Below, one piece after another: positions 1 to 10,294 of a DNA stretch of 64,000 bases (position 1 is the stretch's first letter; each line of letters opens with the position of its first letter). The notes beneath the pieces are model-generated. The model did not search any database and was not told where the DNA came from. It saw only the letters and a list, made by a program, of their open reading frames with translations. A program made the translations under genes and the position numbers. The stretch lies in the NCBI GenBank assembly GCA_965644315.1, contig CBFFRQ010000069.1, positions 558,001 through 622,000 of the forward strand. Direction: 5' to 3'. Source of the stretch: Caecitellus pseudoparvulus. Its lineage: Eukaryota > Protista > Bigyra: Bicosoecida.

Positions 1-3000
1 GCTCAGCGCCGATCCGTCGACGCATCAGAGCAAGGTGGTGCACAGCCTGCAGGGCAGACGCCTTCGTCAAGCACACCCTCTTCTCCTCAGGGCCAAGAAG
101 TCCTTGCTTCCCGTGAAAGCGGTATGGAGCAGTCAGCACACAAAGCCACAACAGGCAAGCAGGGCGGCAAAGGCGGCCGGCGACAGCGCAAGGCACGCAA
201 AGGGAAGGGTGCCAGCGCAGCCACTGAAGTGAGCGACATGCCAACGTCCGTCCCACTTGCAGTGGGATCAGAGGATGAGGCTGGTGATGCTTCAGTCGAA
301 GCCGTTGGCGCACCTGCGGACCGCGCCGACCAGGATCATGGGCCAGACACCACCGCTGAAGGCGCAGCTGAGGGTGATGTGACCACGGCCGAGGGCGCAG
401 CTGAGGGTGATGTGACCACGGCTGAGGGCGATGATGCCGCAGCTGAGGGCGCAGCTGAGGGTGATGTGACCACGGCTGAGGGCGCAGCTGAGGGTGATGT
501 GACCACGGCTGAGGGCGCAGCTGAGGGTGATGTGACCACGGCTGAGGGCGCAGCTGAGGGTGATGTGACCACGGCTGAGGGCGCAGCTGAGGGCGATGAT
601 GCCGCAGCTGAGGGCGCAGCTGAGGGTGATGTGACCACGGCCGAGGGCGCAGCTGAGGGTGATGTGACCACGGCTGAGGGCGCAGCTGAGGGTGATGTGA
701 CCACGGCTGAGGGCGCAGCTGAGGGTGATGATGCCGCAGCTGAGGGCGCAGCTGAGGGTGATGTGACCACGGCCGAGGGTGATGTGACCACGGCCGAGGG
801 CGCAGCTGAGGGTGATATGACCACGGCCGAGGGCGCAGCTGAGGGTGATGTGACCACGGCCGAGGGCGCAGCTGAGGGTGATGTGACCACGGCCGAGGGC
901 GCAGCTGAGGGTGATGTGACCACGGCCGAGGGCGCAGCTGAGGGTGATGTGACCACGGCCGAGGGCGCAGCTGAGGGTGATGTGACCACGGCTGAGGGCG
1001 CAGCTGAGGGTGATGTGACCACGGCTGAGGGCGCAGCTGAGGGTGATGTGACCACGGCTGAGGGCGATGATGAGGGCGATGTGACCACGGCTGAGGGCGA
1101 TGATGAGGGCGATGTGACCACGGCTGAGGGCGCAGCTGAGGGTGATGTGACCACGGCTGAGGGCGCAGCTGAGGGTGATGTGACCACGGCTGAGGGCGCA
1201 GCTGAGGGTGATGTGACCACGGCCGAGGGCGCAGCTGAGGGCGATGTGACCACGGCTGAGGGCGCAGCTGAGGGTGATGTGACCACGGCCGAGGGCGCAG
1301 CTGAGGGCGATGTGACCACGGCTGAGGGCGATGATGAGGGCGATGTGACCACGGCTGAGGGCGCAGCTGAGGGTGATGTGACCACGGCTGAGGGCGCAGC
1401 TGAGGGTGATGTGACCACGGCCGAGGGCGCAGCTGAGGGTGATGTGACCACGGCCGAGGGCGCAGCTGAGGGCGATGTGACCACGGCTGAGGGCGCAGCT
1501 GAGGGTGATGTGACCACGGCCGAGGGCGCAGCTGAGGGCGATGTGACCACGGCTGAGGGCGATGATGAGGGCGATGTGACCACGGCTGAGGGCGCAGCTG
1601 AGGGCGATGTGACCACGGCCGAGGGCGCAGCTGAGGGCGATGTGACCACGGCTGAGGGCGCAGCTGAGGGTGATGTGACCACGGCCGAGGGCGCAGCTGA
1701 GGGCGATGTGACCACGGCTGAGGGCGATGATGAGGGCGATGTGACCACGGCTGAGGGCGCAGCTGAGGGCGATGTGACCACGGCTGAGGGCGCAGCTGAG
1801 GGTGATATGACCACGGCCGAGGGCGCAGCTGAGGGCGATGTGACCACGGCTGAGGGCGCAGCTGAGGGCGATGTGACCACGGCTGAGGGCGCAGCTGAGG
1901 GTGATGTGACCACGGCTGAGGGCGATGATGAGGGCGATGTGACCACGGCTGAGGGCGATGATGAGGGCGATGTGACCACGGCTGAGGGCGCAGCTGAGGG
2001 TGATGTGACCACGGCCGAGGGCGCAGCTGAGGGTGATGTGACCACGGCTGAGGGCGCAGCTGAGGGTGATGTGACCACGGCCGAGGGCGCAGCTGAGGGC
2101 GATGTGACCACGGCTGAGGGCGCAGCTGAGGGTGATGTGACCACGGCCGAGGGCGCAGCTGAGGGCGATGTGACCACGGCTGAGGGCGATGATGAGGGCG
2201 ATGTGACCACGGCTGAGGGCGCAGCTGAGGGCGATGTGACCACGGCCGAGGGCGCAGCTGAGGGTGATGTGACCACGGCCGAGGGTGATGTGACCACGGC
2301 TGAGGGCGCAGCTGAGGGTGATGTGACCACGGCTGAGGGCGCAGCTGAGGGCGATGTGACCACGGCTGAGGGCGCAGCTGAGGGCGATGTGACCACGGCC
2401 GAGGGCGCAGCTGAGGGCGATGTGACCACGGCCGAGGGCGCAGCTGAGGGCGATGTGACCACGGCTGAGGGCGCAGCTGAGGGCGATGTGACCACGGCCG
2501 AGGGCGCAGCTGAGGGTGATATGACTACGGCTGAGGGCGCAGCTGAGGGTGGTGAGAGTTCCGGGAACAGTGGGCTTGATCTTCCAAGTAAGGAGGCGTT
2601 GAGCTGTGGACTGCCAGGTGCAGTTCATTACCAGTACACAACACAACCTCGACCTGGAGACACTCAGCTTGGCAAGTCGCCCCACGCTGTCACTCCCCCA
2701 TTTGGCAGTGCATTCGTCCAACCTCTCGTCCCCAGGCTTGCTCCTCAAGCAACTGTGGACACGAAGCCCAGCAAAGCGAGCTGTGCTGCAATTAGGTCTC
2801 AAATGCCACCGATCACTACAGCTTTCGCTGAATTGGCCAAACTGCGACGGAGTTCGCAGTCTACGTCAAAGGAGAAAAAGTCGGCACCCGAAGGGCACCC
2901 CCCTGCAAGGCACATGGGAAGCTCAACACAGGAAGTGCCCGGCCATACTGTTCCGGTGCCACAACAGTCTGGTGACGATGCCCCGCATGTCGAAGCAAGT

Positions 3001-3477
3001 CCTGCAGTCGAATCCCCGCTGGACACTGACAGCACGTTTACGCCCCCAGCTGAGCCTTCACACGCTGTTCACCGCACTAGCAAGCCCTTCCTTTCTTCTG
3101 GCGAAGAGGTACAGTCACCGGGCAGTTCTCATGAAGCCGAGGCGACGAGGCCCACCATTCGCAAGAGGATAGTGTCAGATAGCGTGCAAGCTGCCGTTGA
3201 GGCGGGCAACACCCAGAGCCAGCTTCAGGCAAGGGCTGTACCCATTGTCTCGCACGTAAGCAGCACTGCAAAGCATTTGAAGGTGGCCTTGATGACATGC
3301 TACAAGCTTTTCAATGCTGGGCGCATCGATCATGCTGGGTACGGAAGTCTGAAGGATGCCATTCTATGTCAGAAGTCAACGAAGGTGGCGTGTGCGCTGG
3401 AGGTGTACGGTGCAACAGAGGATGAAGCTGACCTTGAAGACACTTTCATGAGGCTTGCTGCACAGCAGGTGTTTTGA
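1..3477 (+). CDS. Acidic 11-aa tandem-repeat protein with small C-terminal helical domain (probably 5'-truncated; first ATG at 124)
   Basis: Frame is open from position 1 to TGA at 3475-3477. It contains ~2.2 kb of (EGAAEGDVTTA)n, then a Ser/Pro-rich region and an ordered C-terminus (LKDAILCQ...ALEVYGATEDEADLEDTFMRLA). Confidence 0.8.
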   Translation, partial: AQRRSVDASEQGGAQPAGQTPSSSTPSSPQGQEVLASRESGMEQSAHKATTGKQGGKGGRRQRKARKGKGASAATEVSDMPTSVPLAVGSEDEAGDASVEAVGAPADRADQDHGPDTTAEGAAEGDVTTAEGAAEGDVTTAEGDDAAAEGAAEGDVTTAEGAAEGDVTTAEGAAEGDVTTAEGAAEGDVTTAEGAAEGDDAAAEGAAEGDVTTAEGAAEGDVTTAEGAAEGDVTTAEGAAEGDDAAAEGAAEGDVTTAEGDVTTAEGAAEGDMTTAEGAAEGDVTTAEGAAEGDVTTAEGAAEGDVTTAEGAAEGDVTTAEGAAEGDVTTAEGAAEGDVTTAEGAAEGDVTTAEGDDEGDVTTAEGDDEGDVTTAEGAAEGDVTTAEGAAEGDVTTAEGAAEGDVTTAEGAAEGDVTTAEGAAEGDVTTAEGAAEGDVTTAEGDDEGDVTTAEGAAEGDVTTAEGAAEGDVTTAEGAAEGDVTTAEGAAEGDVTTAEGAAEGDVTTAEGAAEGDVTTAEGDDEGDVTTAEGAAEGDVTTAEGAAEGDVTTAEGAAEGDVTTAEGAAEGDVTTAEGDDEGDVTTAEGAAEGDVTTAEGAAEGDMTTAEGAAEGDVTTAEGAAEGDVTTAEGAAEGDVTTAEGDDEGDVTTAEGDDEGDVTTAEGAAEGDVTTAEGAAEGDVTTAEGAAEGDVTTAEGAAEGDVTTAEGAAEGDVTTAEGAAEGDVTTAEGDDEGDVTTAEGAAEGDVTTAEGAAEGDVTTAEGDVTTAEGAAEGDVTTAEGAAEGDVTTAEGAAEGDVTTAEGAAEGDVTTAEGAAEGDVTTAEGAAEGDVTTAEGAAEGDMTTAEGAAEGGESSGNSGLDLPSKEALSCGLPGAVHYQYTTQPRPGDTQLGKSPHAVTPPFGSAFVQPLVPRLAPQATVDTKPSKASCAAIRSQMPPITTAFAELAKLRRSSQSTSKEKKSAPEGHPPARHMGSSTQEVPGHTVPVPQQSGDDAPHVEASPAVESPLDTDSTFTPPAEPSHAVHRTSKPFLSSGEEVQSPGSSHEAEATRPTIRKRIVSDSVQAAVEAGNTQSQLQARAVPIVSHVSSTAKHLKVALMTCYKLFNAGRIDHAGYGSLKDAILCQKSTKVACALEVYGATEDEADLEDTFMRLAAQQVF
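352..2550 (+). repeat. Coding minisatellite, 33-bp unit (~66 units)
   Basis: Unit gagggcgcagctgagggtgatgtgaccacggct. Variants are a 33-bp EGDDEGDVTTA unit and a 21-bp EGDVTTA unit, all frame-preserving. Confidence 0.97.
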
Positions 3478-6400
3478 GCCTCCCTGACAGTGCAGCCTTT
3501 GCGCTGCTGCTCTCCGTCTGCGAATGCATGTGTGGGGCCGCCTGCGCTGTGCCGGGGACAGTCTTGCTGTGTCTGCGTACTGCCCGCCCCTTCCCACTCG
3601 AGGCAATGTGCTGCGTGCTTGTCCCTGCCCAAGAGATGCTTGCCCGATGTTGTGTGCTGCTCTGCGCTGTCAGAGTCGTCTCAGGGAGGCGACGCAGTAT
3701 TCCACCCTTATCCAACTGAACGTCGTACACAAACACTGCTTGGTCGGTTTCTGATGAAACCACAGCTGACTGCGTGACGCGCCCTGTAAAGACGTGCTTT
3801 TTGGCACCTTTTGTGTATGCAACAGTGACTTGTTCTCCGGTTCTGTGCTTCGGAGAGCCAGCGGAGTGTCGGAGCAGCTCTCGTTTTGCGGATGCATCCC
3901 CAGCACTTGCCAGGCGTTGCAAGGCAGCCAATGCATCCTCATTGGGTTGCCCTGAAGACTTGGAGATTTCAAGAGCCTTCGCTAACAGGGGGGATACTTG
4001 GTGTCCGCCCTGGGCGGCCTCGTCGAGTCGTTTCAGCACCTGGCTCAAGTCTGACAAAGGGCACGGGCCTTCAAGCAGAGCCGCTGCAATGTGCATCGCT
4101 GCTTCACAGCTTCCGGCTTGGTGGGCCAGTTGCAAGCGCTTGAATCCCTTTGAGAACGAGCGCAGCCCGCCCCACTCCCCGCTGAGCCACGCCTTTCCAG
4201 TCCGAAGAAGGGCTGTCGCAGAGCCTGCAGCGGCAGCTTTTTCGAACAAGTCGCGTGCCATGGCAAGGTCCGGCGACAGCATTCCACGGCCGCGTTCGTA
4301 GCAGTCTGCTAGCATTACCTGTGCGTGTGTTATTCCGTTCTTTGCTGCTTCATGGAGTAGCCTGATTGCTTCTGGAGCACTAGCTTCACCCATTGTACCA
4401 AGCAAAAGCTCCGCGACCTTGCAATGTGCCTCAACGCATCCCTGTGCCGACGCTGTCTTGTACAGCTCGTTTGCCGTTGTCTCGCTTGGCGGTGCGCCAA
4501 GTCTTCCGTGTGAATATGCCTCCGCAAGCTCGAACGACGCTTGGGCGTCGCCAGCTGCACTTTTTTCAACCAGCAAAGCCAAAGCTGCTGAAGAAGCGTC
4601 CTGGTTTTGTAGTTGCCGCGTGTGCTTCTCAGTCGCGGGCATCTGTGCAGCGCTTGGAGGCCGTCTCGCCAGTGGGGATGATGGGTTCGAGCTCTCGCTC
4701 CGTTTGCCCGCACCTTGAGAACGATGATGGTCGGAACTCCCCCCCCCAACACACTTCGCAGGGACCCTTTCAACACCATCCGTTGTAGCTTCTGCACTTC
4801 CTTGTTTTTCCTGTTGAGGCGCTCGCATCTTGGGCCGCCACACCAACGCACTGTGTGTGAGCAGTTCGCTCCAGGACTTTCCAGGGTAGTCCAGGTCGTA
4901 GAATACATGCAGTGCATGCTGACCCGAAGCAACTGCTGTCACAGTGTATACCCCGCTCACAGTCGCACGCTGGCTGCGGAAGCGGCCCTTGACTATGATG
5001 GGCATGAACACCTCGTCGCCGACAGAGAAGTCTGCTGCGGGAAGCTCAGCATGCCACCCTTTGCAGTGCCGCAAGTGCTGTGCTGAGGCTTCCAAGGTCC
5101 GGCCGCTTGTCAAAGACACAGTGAATGTGGCTCCCCCTGGCCCGTGCCGCACTTCAGTTATGTTGCCTGTCAGCCACGTGCCTGTCCTGGCGTCTCCAGC
5201 GTCGAGTAGGCGACCTGTATGCCTATGAATAAGAGCCTGGACAGTGTCACCGACTACCCAAGAGCCCCAAACATGGCCAGCCAAGTCCCGAATCCTGCCA
5301 CTGGTCAGGCTGATGATTTCTTTGGCTGCCCCACTATGTGGTCGCACCTCAACCTGGAAGTCTGGGTTTGAGGGACCCGGTGGAATGACCGACTCCACGA
5401 TAGAACTTTGCCACTGCTGCGTGCTTGCACCGGCCTGCTGGTGCGATGCAACGTGAACGGTGTCGTTGGCAGTAATGGGAGCTGCAAGGGAGGCAAGGTG
5501 AACCTTCTGCTGCGAAAGCTGAGCAGGAGCGACAACAGCTGACTGTGCCGTGTCAGTCAAGCGTGCTACGGCGGCACGGACGTGGGGCGCCCCATCGGTT
5601 TCGTGCCACTCTAAGGGTGCCACACAAGAGCATGACACACTCCAGGCTTGAATGCCGCTCCGGAACGCGATTAGTGCGCTTGTTGGGGTCAAACACTCCG
5701 TGTGCTCCTCCTGTACAGGCGCACTCTGCGACCCGACCGGAGGGGCATCACCTTCCAGAGGTGGGCTCATTGCTGGGGAAGTGCGAGTCTTCTCCAACTC
5801 CACACTCTGCTTCGGTACTTTGATTGGCGAGGGGGCGATCCAGGAGGTGCTGTCAGAGGCAGCACGAAGGGCACTTGGGCTAGCTCTGAGGGCCAGAGGA
5901 AGCTTTGCAGGCTTTTGCTTGCTTGCTGGCTTAGTCAACATCCCTTTCGGAGTCGAGGCGTCCTCTTGCACTGCTGTTCGCTGTTTAGAGCTGCTGGCTC
6001 GTAGGGCAGGTTCGTAGCCCGCGCTAGCAGCCCGCTGTATGTATGACTTGGCAAGCGCTCTATGCTTTCCACCCAAGCCTTGCTTTAGGAGGAGGTACCC
6101 TGCCATGTAGGAAGCCGGGGCGTGTCCAATGCTTGCTGCTTGCTCAAACCACGCCAGAGCCTCGGCTTGCCGTCCCGCCTTGTCTAGGTGCCTCGCCAAG
6201 TCGAACATGGCAGCAGTGCAGCCAGCATGTGCAGCCTCTCGCAGCATGCGGACACCCTCCATCACAGCTTTTGGAACACCTTGTCCCTTCATGTACGCGC
6301 GGGCCAGGGGCACTTTAGCATCTTCCATGCCAGACGCTGCGGCTTTTCGCAGGTGTGCAATGGCACGGGCTCGTGCAGATGCACTATCACACCCACTGAG

Positions 6401-8536
6401 CAAGTGTGCGCCGAGAGCAAAGTGACAGTGAGGAGAGCCCCGCTCGATTCCCGACCGCAGCAAGCGACTTGCAACCTGGTGTAGATCAGGCGCCCCATCG
6501 GAAGCTTGCTCAAGCAACTTGGTCGCGAGGATGGCATGTGCTTCCAAGTCACCTACTGCAACGGCAGCGGCGAGCAAGTGCAGTCGCTGCTGTGAAGACA
6601 TACGCAGTGGACTTCTTCCGAAGTCCATGCCTCCAAGCATTCGTGCAGCTTGGGGATGTGCGTGCGCCGCTGCAACTGCCAGCCATGCTTGCCCCGTCAG
6701 AGCGTCGGCGTGCTCCTGCGCTGAGAGCTGTCCGGCAAGCTCAAAAGCTGCTTCTGCGTTCCCTTGCGACGCTGCTGCCAGGAGAAACCCGCAAGCATCG
6801 CCTATGGCATGCTCTGTACCAGAGGGCTGCGAGTCATGATGTATGAGCTGCTTTCCCAGCTCGAGTTGGGCTTCAGCGCACCCCCTTGTTGCAGCTGTTT
6901 GGAGGAGCTCTTCAGCTTCGCGCGGCTCGGAGCGGTGGGAGGCACGCGCCACTTCACCCCCACTCTCGAGCACATGCAGTTGAAACAGCGCCTTGCCAGA
7001 GCCTGCTTCTGCAGCCCGACTGTACCATTGCGCTGCCTCTGCCAGCTTCCTCTGCTTCCCTTTCGACGCAGTTCGTCGCAGCTCCCCGAGCTCAAGCATC
7101 GCCTTCTCATTGCCCGTTGCGGCCAGGAACTCTAAGCTCAGTGACGACACACATGAGAGCAAGTTGGGAGCCTCAGGAGGAATTTGAACGGGTGATCGCG
7201 CAAGCAAGCAAGCGCTAAGTGTCGCGTCCCCACGAAGTGGGGTGAGCCCGAGAGCGGTTCCAGCTTTCTCCACAAGCAAGATCCCAGCCCTGCGACACCC
7301 AGCCTGTTGGGCAGCAACAAGGAGCTCGAGCCCTCGGACCCGCTCTGTCTCTTCCGCTGAATCGGCAAGCGTTTCACCAAGTGCGAGCATGGCTTCTATG
7401 TCTTCAGAGGCTGAAGCGAGCTCGAGAGCGGCGATCCGCCGCTCACCTTTCTGGTCTGCCTGCAACGCTGAAGCAAGGAGAGCTCCACTACGAGGGTACC
7501 GTGCCAGGATTTTCTCAAGGCGCAGCAGCAGGTCTGGGCCAAGGCCCCCTGTGTGGCTTGCCAAGACAGCAGCGCTCCACACGGCGAGCTGCTCGCCGCT
7601 GTCGGCAGAATCCAAGAGCAGTTGCATGGCAGCGCTGTGGTTGGCGTCCAAACCGAGTCCATACTGATAGCACAAACCCAGTCGATGCTTGGCTGTTGGG
7701 CAATCCCTGCGGGCGGCAAGATGCAAGGCCTGGATGGCACTCTCTATCTGGTCGGCCGAGGCCGGGTACTGAAGGATGGTCGCTCGGGCAAGGTCCGCAA
7801 GTGCTCTGACGTGTCCCAGCTTGCCAGCTGCTGAAAAATGGAAGCAGGATTGATTGAGATCCTTCAGCACACCTCTGCCCCTGAAGTAGGCTTTCCCAAG
7901 CTGGAAATGTGCTTCTGGAGAGCCGTGTTTTGCAGCCCTGCGGAGCCACGAAATAGCCTCCTGGATGCTACCCTTGCTTTGACCACTGCCTTGCAGTGTT
8001 TTTCTAGCAGCAACTACCTGCGCAGCGGGGCTCCCACGGTGAGCAGCAGCTTTGCAGCTTTCCAAAGGTTGTCTTTCCCATTTGCGGAGTTCCAGAGCCT
8101 CCGCTTCAACCGAGGCAAGCTGGCCAAGCCCAGCTGCGAAACGCCGTGGCACAGTAATATCTGCACCGACGATTCTAGGCAAAACTGTTGTGGTGGTAGC
8201 GGAATCAGGGCGAGTGCGATGCAAGTCTTGAGGGCCTGGCTTGTTTGCACGCTCCCAGCTGGCTGTGGCGGCACTTGGCAACGGCCGCACTTGCATACGT
8301 GCAAGCTGTTCTCCTGAAGAAGTGCTCGCGGGCTCTTCGGCAGCGATGAATGACCTGGTGATAGGGCCATCATGCATGTCACCTGTGTTCAAGCATGCGC
8401 GGTCGCAGCTGGTGAGTGCAGTGGCAGGCGTGCCAGGAGAAACGCCGCGCTGAGCACCAACACACGCACCGTCTGTAGCCATAACAGGCTGTTGAGTCGG
8501 CTTGCCAGTCAGCGGGCGAGTGGACTTTCTTGACAT
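3446..8536 (-). CDS. Sel1-like repeat protein with putative Tudor/SH3-like beta-barrel domains
   Basis: 1696-aa ORF with many Sel1 motifs (e.g. EAHFQLGKAYFRGRGVLKDLNQSCFHFSAAG, AQVMLADCYERGRG). Beta-rich units such as WVVGDTVQA, FSVGDEVF and HRTGEQVTV are also present. Confidence 0.85.
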   Translation of the reverse strand: MSRKSTRPLTGKPTQQPVMATDGACVGAQRGVSPGTPATALTSCDRACLNTGDMHDGPITRSFIAAEEPASTSSGEQLARMQVRPLPSAATASWERANKPGPQDLHRTRPDSATTTTVLPRIVGADITVPRRFAAGLGQLASVEAEALELRKWERQPLESCKAAAHRGSPAAQVVAARKTLQGSGQSKGSIQEAISWLRRAAKHGSPEAHFQLGKAYFRGRGVLKDLNQSCFHFSAAGKLGHVRALADLARATILQYPASADQIESAIQALHLAARRDCPTAKHRLGLCYQYGLGLDANHSAAMQLLLDSADSGEQLAVWSAAVLASHTGGLGPDLLLRLEKILARYPRSGALLASALQADQKGERRIAALELASASEDIEAMLALGETLADSAEETERVRGLELLVAAQQAGCRRAGILLVEKAGTALGLTPLRGDATLSACLLARSPVQIPPEAPNLLSCVSSLSLEFLAATGNEKAMLELGELRRTASKGKQRKLAEAAQWYSRAAEAGSGKALFQLHVLESGGEVARASHRSEPREAEELLQTAATRGCAEAQLELGKQLIHHDSQPSGTEHAIGDACGFLLAAASQGNAEAAFELAGQLSAQEHADALTGQAWLAVAAAHAHPQAARMLGGMDFGRSPLRMSSQQRLHLLAAAVAVGDLEAHAILATKLLEQASDGAPDLHQVASRLLRSGIERGSPHCHFALGAHLLSGCDSASARARAIAHLRKAAASGMEDAKVPLARAYMKGQGVPKAVMEGVRMLREAAHAGCTAAMFDLARHLDKAGRQAEALAWFEQAASIGHAPASYMAGYLLLKQGLGGKHRALAKSYIQRAASAGYEPALRASSSKQRTAVQEDASTPKGMLTKPASKQKPAKLPLALRASPSALRAASDSTSWIAPSPIKVPKQSVELEKTRTSPAMSPPLEGDAPPVGSQSAPVQEEHTECLTPTSALIAFRSGIQAWSVSCSCVAPLEWHETDGAPHVRAAVARLTDTAQSAVVAPAQLSQQKVHLASLAAPITANDTVHVASHQQAGASTQQWQSSIVESVIPPGPSNPDFQVEVRPHSGAAKEIISLTSGRIRDLAGHVWGSWVVGDTVQALIHRHTGRLLDAGDARTGTWLTGNITEVRHGPGGATFTVSLTSGRTLEASAQHLRHCKGWHAELPAADFSVGDEVFMPIIVKGRFRSQRATVSGVYTVTAVASGQHALHVFYDLDYPGKSWSELLTHSALVWRPKMRAPQQEKQGSAEATTDGVERVPAKCVGGGSSDHHRSQGAGKRSESSNPSSPLARRPPSAAQMPATEKHTRQLQNQDASSAALALLVEKSAAGDAQASFELAEAYSHGRLGAPPSETTANELYKTASAQGCVEAHCKVAELLLGTMGEASAPEAIRLLHEAAKNGITHAQVMLADCYERGRGMLSPDLAMARDLFEKAAAAGSATALLRTGKAWLSGEWGGLRSFSKGFKRLQLAHQAGSCEAAMHIAAALLEGPCPLSDLSQVLKRLDEAAQGGHQVSPLLAKALEISKSSGQPNEDALAALQRLASAGDASAKRELLRHSAGSPKHRTGEQVTVAYTKGAKKHVFTGRVTQSAVVSSETDQAVFVYDVQLDKGGILRRLPETTLTAQSSTQHRASISWAGTSTQHIASSGKGRAVRRHSKTVPGTAQAAPHMHSQTESSSAKAALSGRLKTPAVQQAS

Positions 8537-9011
8537 GGGAAGTGTGTCATATCGCTGTGCCCCCCGCTCCTCTCCGCTGCTGATTCGTGGTCAGCTGCTT
8601 GTTGTCTGCTTGGCGCGGCAGTGACTCTACAGGTCTGAGCTCAAACTGCCCTGTTACCTTGCCGAGGGCGGCATGTCAGCAACGCGACAGGGGTGATGAG
8701 GTGCGTCAAATCGATCCACTGCGTGGCAACGCTTCGCTTGCTTTTTTTAAGAGTGCTTTCTACGCCCTGACAATCCCCAGGTTTCATAGGGCACCCGGAC
8801 AGAATGCCTGGCATCCCTCCCAACCCACCCACAGCTGCACGAACTGCACTCATTGAAGCAGGGGCAAGGCACGGTCAATTGCAAAGAACATTGACGCTCA
8901 GGAACGCTGTCCGATCTCCCTTTTTTTCACCGTGTCGCATCTTGGGTGCTGCGAAGGCGCACTGCGTCTGGTAGAGTTTCGCCAGCGTTTCGAGCTCGCA
9001 AGCTGTGCAGG

Positions 9012-10040
9012 ATGGCGAGCCACCGGTACCCATTGAGAAGTCGCAAGGCAGTAGAAGCTCTGAAGATAGCCGCTATCCCTGCATTGTCACCCCCTTCCCC
9101 AGCTCTGGCGCGTGCACGCCGCGATGCTTCCCAGAAGCGCCGAAGGCTGTCTGGGCATGTTCAGCCTGGTGCGGGTAGCCCCTGCGCAGCGAGTACGCAA
9201 GCAGAGGCTGTGGGGATGTCCACGTCATACGAAGAATACAAGTGGTCAAGAGGTCTGCTCGTGGCAGGCGTCGATGAGGCTGGCAGGGGACCTCTGGCGG
9301 GGCCAGTGGTGGCGGCAGCGTATGTGCTGCGGGATCCCAAGCTCCCTCCATTACCCCTTGTGCAGGACTCCAAGGTAATGACAGCTGATGATCGGGATGC
9401 TGCCTTCAGCGAGCTTGTGCATCAAGCCCCTCACTCAGCTGAGTTCGCGATCGCCGTTGCTGACCAAGGCATCATTGACTCCATCAACATCTTGCAAGCC
9501 ACGTACGCTGCCATGACTGCAGCAGTGCAGGCCCTGCCGCAGTGGGCACAGCGGAGTGCTCTGGCTGTGGCAGTGGACGGCAATCGCCTGCCACCAGCCC
9601 TGGCCACTGCCACGGATGGTGGGCCGACAGGGGGCAGCAAGCGCCCCAGGGACGCTCTGGCTGCCGCGCAGGCGGTCGTGAAGGGGGACAGCAAGGTGTA
9701 CAGCATCGCAGCTGCCTCCGTGTTGGCCAAGGTGGCACGCGATAGGTTGATGCAGGCGTATGATGCTATGTACCCGCAGTACGGCCTGGGGCAGCACAAA
9801 GGGTACCCCACTGCAGCCCACATGGCCGCTGTGATGGAGCACGGCCCGAGCCCCATCCACCGGCTGACGTTTGCCCCCCTGCGGGGGAACTTCACCAGCC
9901 AGGATGTCAAGGGCACGGTGCCCCCCCTGCCTCTGGCGCACCTGGCTGAAGAAGGTGCTTTGCAGCGCGTCGTCGTCGTGCCTGCAGGGACAGCAGCTCA
10001 AAGTGCTCCCTCCAAGCAACGGCGGCGGCGCAAGGCGTAG
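9012..10040 (+). CDS. rnhB: Ribonuclease HII, bacterial-type
   Basis: Motifs AGVDEAGRGPLAGPVVAAA, DSK, VDGN, KGDSKVYSIAAASVLAKVARD, HKGYPT and GPSPIHRLTF. First ATG is at 9012. Confidence 0.93.
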   Translation: MASHRYPLRSRKAVEALKIAAIPALSPPSPALARARRDASQKRRRLSGHVQPGAGSPCAASTQAEAVGMSTSYEEYKWSRGLLVAGVDEAGRGPLAGPVVAAAYVLRDPKLPPLPLVQDSKVMTADDRDAAFSELVHQAPHSAEFAIAVADQGIIDSINILQATYAAMTAAVQALPQWAQRSALAVAVDGNRLPPALATATDGGPTGGSKRPRDALAAAQAVVKGDSKVYSIAAASVLAKVARDRLMQAYDAMYPQYGLGQHKGYPTAAHMAAVMEHGPSPIHRLTFAPLRGNFTSQDVKGTVPPLPLAHLAEEGALQRVVVVPAGTAAQSAPSKQRRRRKA

Positions 10041-10294
10041 AGGCGACTGTGGCAGACGCCGCGTCCTGACAAATCCAACAAACTTCGCCAAATTCACCTG
10101 CTCGGTTCGAGTTTCACTGCGTGTGTGAGTGGAGTGTTTGCCCTGCCACTGCTGCTGTGTACTGCCCGCCGGAGGTGCCGTCGATGCCGTTGGCGTTATG
10201 AAACGCCAGTGTCGGCACCTGCCGCAGCTTTGTGCACCTGCGTTACTCGCGCCGTCTGTCCTGTGCAGGAAAACTATCATCAGCCGTATCAGCC

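Noticed and set aside
352-2550. CRISPR-like array
   Set aside because: The units are contiguous with no unique spacers, there are no cas genes, and the context is eukaryotic coding sequence.
292-2802. Long antisense ORFs (mucin-like PSAAPSAVVTS and LSCALSRGHIT repeats)
   Set aside because: These are shadow ORFs of a 33-bp repeat that has no stops in those frames. They are largely confined to the repeat, whereas the plus frame continues into unique coding sequence on both sides.
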